64,000 bases of DNA from Candidatus Poribacteria bacterium (GTDB taxonomy: Bacteria; Poribacteria; WGA-4E; PCPOR2b). Positions 59,718 to 64,000 of this stretch are shown piece after piece. Under the pieces are notes generated by a model that searched no databases, had not been told where the DNA came from, and saw only the letters and a list, made by a program, of their open reading frames with translations. The position numbers and the translations under genes are program-made. The DNA is taken from positions 2,592,001-2,656,000 of the forward strand of contig OZ220744.1 of the NCBI GenBank assembly GCA_965116925.1. The letters run 5' to 3'. How positions within the stretch are numbered: position 1 is the stretch's first letter; each line of letters begins with the position of its first letter.

Positions 59718-61127
59718 GTGGAAAGGGAGAAGAACTATCGGATTGGAAAGGTTTGTCTGTTCATTTTCTGTGTGGCGTTCTTTTATGGGATAGCCATCAC
59801 GGCTAAATCCGCGCCGTCCCCAAGATTTAGTGGTACATTGCAGGGGGCAATTTTTCAACCAGTAACAACGCTTGATGCGGTCAACTATCTCAATTTTGCG
59901 GAGTTACAAGTCGCATCAAACCTGTACGAAGGATTGGTGAAACGGGATCGCTTCGGGCGGATTAGCCCTGCAATCGCGCAGAGTTGGAATCATTCTGAGG
60001 ACTACCGCATCTGGACATTTGCAATCGCGCAAGGGATAACGTTTCATAACGGTAAACCGGTGACAGCGACTGATGTGAAATTAGCGTGGGAGCGGTTTGT
60101 GCGAGAGGGGGTGTGGCTGGTTTCTCCGCAACCTCTATCTCAGATTCGCGGAGCCAAAGTCTATCGAAGCGGAGCGGTGACACAGATTGTGGGGATTCTC
60201 GTCCTTGATGATTTCCGCGTCCAAATTATACTGCGAGCCGGTGATCCGGACTTTCTGGAGAAACTGACCTCGCCGGCAGCGTGGGTGACGACGCGAGGCG
60301 ATTCGCAGCCGATTGGTACGGGACAGTTTCGCTTGGAGTCCTTCACTAGGACAGAGGTGCAATTGAGGGCGAATTCGGATTACCTTTGGGGCAGACCTTA
60401 TTTGGAGAAACTGACTTTCCGCTATTATGCAAATTTAGATGAGGCTCTGTTTGAGTTTGAATCGGGGGTCTTAGATGCTTTGCCACTTCCTATTACGGAG
60501 GTGGAAAGACGGCAACGTAAAGGGCTTGATGACATTTTAATCCGAACAGATGTGGCAGCACTCGTATATCTTCGCCTCCCTGAAAAGATCGAGATTTCCG
60601 AGTTATCGCAGAGCTCGCCTGTTCCGACCTGGCACAATGTGCTCCGATATGCAATTGACCCGGACGCGCTTTTGCGTTTACAATACGGTGAAACTCCTTC
60701 CAAAATGGTATGCGTTCCTTTTGCGTTTCCCCACGATCGGGTAAAGGCGCGCAGACGAATGAAGTATACGGACTGGCGTGGTCCGCTCAATCTGGTCTAT
60801 ACGCAGCTGCCGGACAACACGGGCAATGCGATTGCGACGTGGTTGGAACGCGACTCTCTTTCTCCGATTGGGTTGCAGGTAGAGATTAAAGCGGCCGATG
60901 CGGATAATTTGCGGGGAGAATTCAGTGAAGATACACCAACCCTTGCCCTGCTATCCATGCCGATTGCACCGGATAGCGATATTGCATCTTTGGACATCGG
61001 TCAATCTAGTTCTCTTATTCCGCTTTATCTTTTGCCTTCTAGTTTTCTGTGTCAGCCCAAAGTCCGTGGGCTGGAGATTGGGTCGGGGGGCGTTTTGGCA
61101 TTTGGGCGGACATGGTTGGCGGAGTGA
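59718..61127 (+). CDS. Family-5 ABC solute-binding protein
   Basis: Signal peptide; LYEGLV, PAIAQSW, FHNGKPVTATDV, PIGTGQF, GRPYLEKL; GTG start after AGGAG. Confidence 0.85.
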   Translation: MEREKNYRIGKVCLFIFCVAFFYGIAITAKSAPSPRFSGTLQGAIFQPVTTLDAVNYLNFAELQVASNLYEGLVKRDRFGRISPAIAQSWNHSEDYRIWTFAIAQGITFHNGKPVTATDVKLAWERFVREGVWLVSPQPLSQIRGAKVYRSGAVTQIVGILVLDDFRVQIILRAGDPDFLEKLTSPAAWVTTRGDSQPIGTGQFRLESFTRTEVQLRANSDYLWGRPYLEKLTFRYYANLDEALFEFESGVLDALPLPITEVERRQRKGLDDILIRTDVAALVYLRLPEKIEISELSQSSPVPTWHNVLRYAIDPDALLRLQYGETPSKMVCVPFAFPHDRVKARRRMKYTDWRGPLNLVYTQLPDNTGNAIATWLERDSLSPIGLQVEIKAADADNLRGEFSEDTPTLALLSMPIAPDSDIASLDIGQSSSLIPLYLLPSSFLCQPKVRGLEIGSGGVLAFGRTWLAE

Positions 61128-61329
61128 GGCATGAAACGTGCTCCCAAGCAATAAGTTGACCGTCAATAGAAACCGAGTTTTTTCTTGAAAACTCGGTTTC
61201 TCTTATCGTATTGCCTTTTCTTTTTCTATGAGCCCCATAGATCAGACACCAATTAACCAATGAACTAATGAACAAATGGTTTTTACGTTTCACGCATCAC
61301 GTTTCACGCTCTTACGGAGGATATACTTT

Positions 61330-62196
61330 ATGGGTGGATTAAATTCTGAACAGATTGCATTTTACAAGGATCAGGGCTATCTCCTGATGGAGGATGTGAT
61401 TCCTGTCGAGGACCTGCGGCAATTGATTTCGGAGTTAAACGAGACGGTGGATCAGAACGCTCGAAAAGCGCAAGCGAGAGGAGAGTTGTCTGAGCTATTT
61501 GAAGATGAGCCCTTTGAGCGGCGCTTAGCTCGGATTGTAGAGTCTATCGCCGATCCGTCTGATACCTCATTTACGGATACCTTATTCGAGGGATTGCACG
61601 GTAAGTTGAAGACAGAGGGGATGTTCGCCGTGCAGACACACCCGGCTATCTTGGACATTGTTGAATCGTTGATTGGTCCAGAAATTTTGGCACATCCGCA
61701 ATTCAATATCCGCCCGAAGCTGCCCAATCAAGATACCTCCGTGGTTCCTTGGCACCAAGACTTGGGTTACTTACAACCGGACGCCTCAGAGACTTTCATG
61801 GTCAACTTCTGGATTCCGCTTGTGGATGCAACGGTAGAGAATGGTTGCATGGAGGTGATTGCGGGTAGCCATAAAGTGCCACTGATTAACCATGTTCTAG
61901 GGCTGGGACCGGGACGCAATTTTAAGGGGATTGTCGATGAGGCGTTGCCCGATGGTGAGCAGGTACAGTGTCCGGTCCCGTTGGGCGGTGTGCTGCTCAT
62001 CCAGCACAAGACCATTCATCGCTCGGTCCCAAACCACTCCGATCACATCCGTTGGAGCATGGATATACGCTATAGCGATCCTCGAATGCCTACCGGACGC
62101 GATGGGGTGCCGGGATTTATCGCGAGAAGCAAAGCACAGCCGGCATCTGTGGCGAATAACCTTGGGGATTGGTTGAAGTTGTTCGAGTCGGTGTAA
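61330..62196 (+). CDS. Phytanoyl-CoA dioxygenase (PhyH) family Fe/2OG oxygenase
   Basis: FYKDQGYL, PWHQD, WIPLVDATVENGCM..IAGSH, HRS.PN....RWS.DIRY; start after GGAGG. Confidence 0.92.
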   Translation: MGGLNSEQIAFYKDQGYLLMEDVIPVEDLRQLISELNETVDQNARKAQARGELSELFEDEPFERRLARIVESIADPSDTSFTDTLFEGLHGKLKTEGMFAVQTHPAILDIVESLIGPEILAHPQFNIRPKLPNQDTSVVPWHQDLGYLQPDASETFMVNFWIPLVDATVENGCMEVIAGSHKVPLINHVLGLGPGRNFKGIVDEALPDGEQVQCPVPLGGVLLIQHKTIHRSVPNHSDHIRWSMDIRYSDPRMPTGRDGVPGFIARSKAQPASVANNLGDWLKLFESV

Positions 62197-62199
62197 CTA

Positions 62200-62296
62200 T
62201 GGTGAATACTAAAAATAAATAGCCCCTTTCGCCCCCGGTAGGTGCGGTTTGCAACCGCACCGGTTTGAAGTATCTCATTAATTTTAAGGTCCACTA
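62200..62296. mobile_element. MITE family B copy
   Basis: Fills the gap between the PhyH stop and the TPR gene start. Confidence 0.72.
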
Positions 62297-62869
62297 ATGA
62301 TAAGAAAAATAAGCATGACGTTTTGCCTCATCGTGACGGTTCTGTTCATTTGGGTTTGGCACCATCAGAGCCAGTTTAATGACCATTCGCGCAAAGGATT
62401 TTTTCATCTGAGGAATGGCGAATTAGACCAAGCGGTTGAAGCGTATACCAAAGCCATCAAGAACAAAGAGCGGACAATCTTTTTCGCTCAAGCACCCTCG
62501 GCGTATAATAACCTCGGTCAAGCCTACCTGCGTAAAGAGGAATACGCGCCTGCCATCGCCGCCTTCCGAAAAACGCTTGATATGAGTCCAAATGCGGTAG
62601 GGGCTTATATCAATCTAGCGACGGCTTATCTAAAACAGGACTTGCCGGATTCAGCGATTGAATCTTGTGAGACGGCAATTCAGATCTCTCCGGATGTCGC
62701 GCACCTCCATTACAACTTGGCTTGTGCATACGCTCTAAAGAAAGAGGATCAGAAATCAATTGATTCCCTTCAGAGAGCGATTGAGCTTGACGGGCGGATG
62801 CGGGTGCTTGCGCGGGAGGAAAATGTATTTAATCGTCTCCGTTCCCATCCCATTTTTTCTGCAGAGTAA
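62297..62869 (+). CDS. Membrane-anchored TPR protein
   Basis: N-terminal TM; AYNNLGQAY, AYINLATAY, HYNLACAYA. Confidence 0.88.
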   Translation: MIRKISMTFCLIVTVLFIWVWHHQSQFNDHSRKGFFHLRNGELDQAVEAYTKAIKNKERTIFFAQAPSAYNNLGQAYLRKEEYAPAIAAFRKTLDMSPNAVGAYINLATAYLKQDLPDSAIESCETAIQISPDVAHLHYNLACAYALKKEDQKSIDSLQRAIELDGRMRVLAREENVFNRLRSHPIFSAE

Positions 62870-62900
62870 ATAACGCAAGTTGCTAGTACTCTGTCATATA

Positions 62901-62999
62901 TGGTGAATTCAAAAAATAACTGGACACTTTCGACCCCCCGGTAGGTGCGGTTTGTAACCGCACTGGTTTGGCGTGTCTCATTAATTCTAAGATCCACTA
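62901..62999. mobile_element. MITE family B copy
   Basis: Same TIRs and core. Confidence 0.75.
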
Positions 63000-63023
63000 T
63001 AAATCGTGATAAATCAATAATTC

Positions 63024-63251
63024 GTAGGTTGGGTTGAGCGGTCCCATGCCAATCACTATTAACAATGATAGCGGTTCAATTTTTCAACAATACTGTTTTA
63101 TTGATAGATGTAGCGAAACCCAACACCCAAGCGACACAACGATCATCAAGAGTTGGGTTTCACTATATTTGTAAGATGTCAACTGAACAGTATCTTCAAT
63201 CAAAATGGAGTTATTCGGTATGTTTTATGAGTGCCGTTCAACCCAACCTAC
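63024..63251. repeat. Inverted pair of ~100-nt GTAG-headed elements
   Basis: 63024-63124 (+, 101 nt) and 63152-63251 (-, 100 nt). Confidence 0.8.
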
Positions 63252-63420
63252 ATACTGGAACGAGATCGGTTGCGCCAATCGTGTTGGATTTCACGGTTCC
63301 CGTTCAACCCAACCTACAACCTAGCGGGCGGGGGGACCCCGCCCCTACGGAAAATCGATGGATTTTCGGGAGGGGACAACTGGCGTTGAATGGGGAATTC
63401 TTACAGTTGTAAATTTCTGC

Positions 63421-63449
63421 TTGACAATTTGAAGGCTGGCATGTATAAT
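63421..63449 (+). promoter_or_regulatory. Consensus sigma70 promoter of the tRNA operon
   Basis: TTGACA-N17-TATAAT. Confidence 0.9.
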
Positions 63450-63463
63450 TCACCGTTGCGTTT

Positions 63464-63536
63464 GCTGGCGTAGCTCAGTTGGTAGAGCGAGTGATTTGTA
63501 ATCACTTAGTCGGGGGTTCAAGTCCTCTCGCCAGCT
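63464..63536 (+). tRNA. tRNA-Thr (UGU)
   Basis: Cloverleaf, anticodon arm AGTGA-TT-TGT-AA-TCACT, GTTCAAGTC T-arm. Confidence 0.95.
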
Positions 63537-63547
63537 TTCATTCAAGT

Positions 63548-63629
63548 GGGCGGATACCCAAGTGGTCAACGGGAGCAGACTGTAAATCTGTTGGCTAAGC
63601 CTGCGGAGGTTCAAATCCTTCTCCGCCCA
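63548..63629 (+). tRNA. tRNA-Tyr (GUA)
   Basis: GCAGA-CT-GTA-AA-TCTGT, long variable arm. Confidence 0.95.
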
Positions 63630-63677
63630 TCATACCAAAGCGTCGGAGACGTGTTCCTGTGGCGTCCCAAGCAAAAC

Positions 63678-63750
63678 GCGGGAGTAGCTCAGCTGGTAGA
63701 GCATTGGCCTTCCAAGCCAATTGTCGCGGGTTCAAGTCCCGTCTCCCGCT
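63678..63750 (+). tRNA. tRNA-Gly (UCC)
   Basis: TTGGC-CT-TCC-AA-GCCAA. Confidence 0.95.
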
Positions 63751-63787
63751 TTTCGGTTTTGCTGCCGATTGTGTGTTTCCGAGTTAT

Positions 63788-63863
<76 letters not shown>

Positions 63864-63909
63864 TCCCATTTTTTGAATTGTTGTAGCTAAACGAAATTGA
63901 GTGAATATT

Positions 63910-64000
63910 ATGCCAAGAGATATTGTGACGTTAGCGTGTGATGATTGCAAGCAGCGCAATTATGCGACGACCAGAAACAAAAGGACGCAGCAAGAGCGTT
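63910..64000 (+). CDS. rpmG: 50S ribosomal protein L33 (5' part, CxxC type)
   Basis: MPRDIVTLACDDCKQRNYATTRNKRTQQER; not in the ORF track, truncated by the window edge. Confidence 0.92.
   Translation, partial: MPRDIVTLACDDCKQRNYATTRNKRTQQER

Overview
Bacterial chromosomal window; the gene content and the protein C-terminal motif suggest a Ca. Poribacteria-like organism, which is inference only. The dominant feature is a head-to-tail array of 12 paralogous secreted six-bladed TolB/PD40-type beta-propeller genes (2857-15427), plus the 3' end of a 13th at 1-264. Each has a signal peptide and a shared C-terminal [AS][VI]xPxxKxxxxWGx[LVF]K tail, and they are joined by a conserved 62-70 nt spacer. 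They show blade-level mosaicism and lie divergent from an SgrR-like HTH/solute-binding regulator. The rest of the window holds oxidoreductase/amidohydrolase genes, trpF, a split RND efflux system, an envelope-protein cluster, recD2, two orphan antitoxin-like genes, a sugar-acid-type catabolic cluster, an ECF sigma factor and comEC. It also has a decayed defence-island-like patch (AAA ATPase with an altered Walker B, gene remnants), a Thr-Tyr-Gly-Thr tRNA cluster and the start of rpmG. Intergenic DNA is dense with GTAG-headed REP-like palindromes, several MITE shells (some with target-site duplications), a fixed-length ~101 nt element and short tandem repeats that partly invade coding sequences. 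All calls are from motif recognition by eye; no searches were run.
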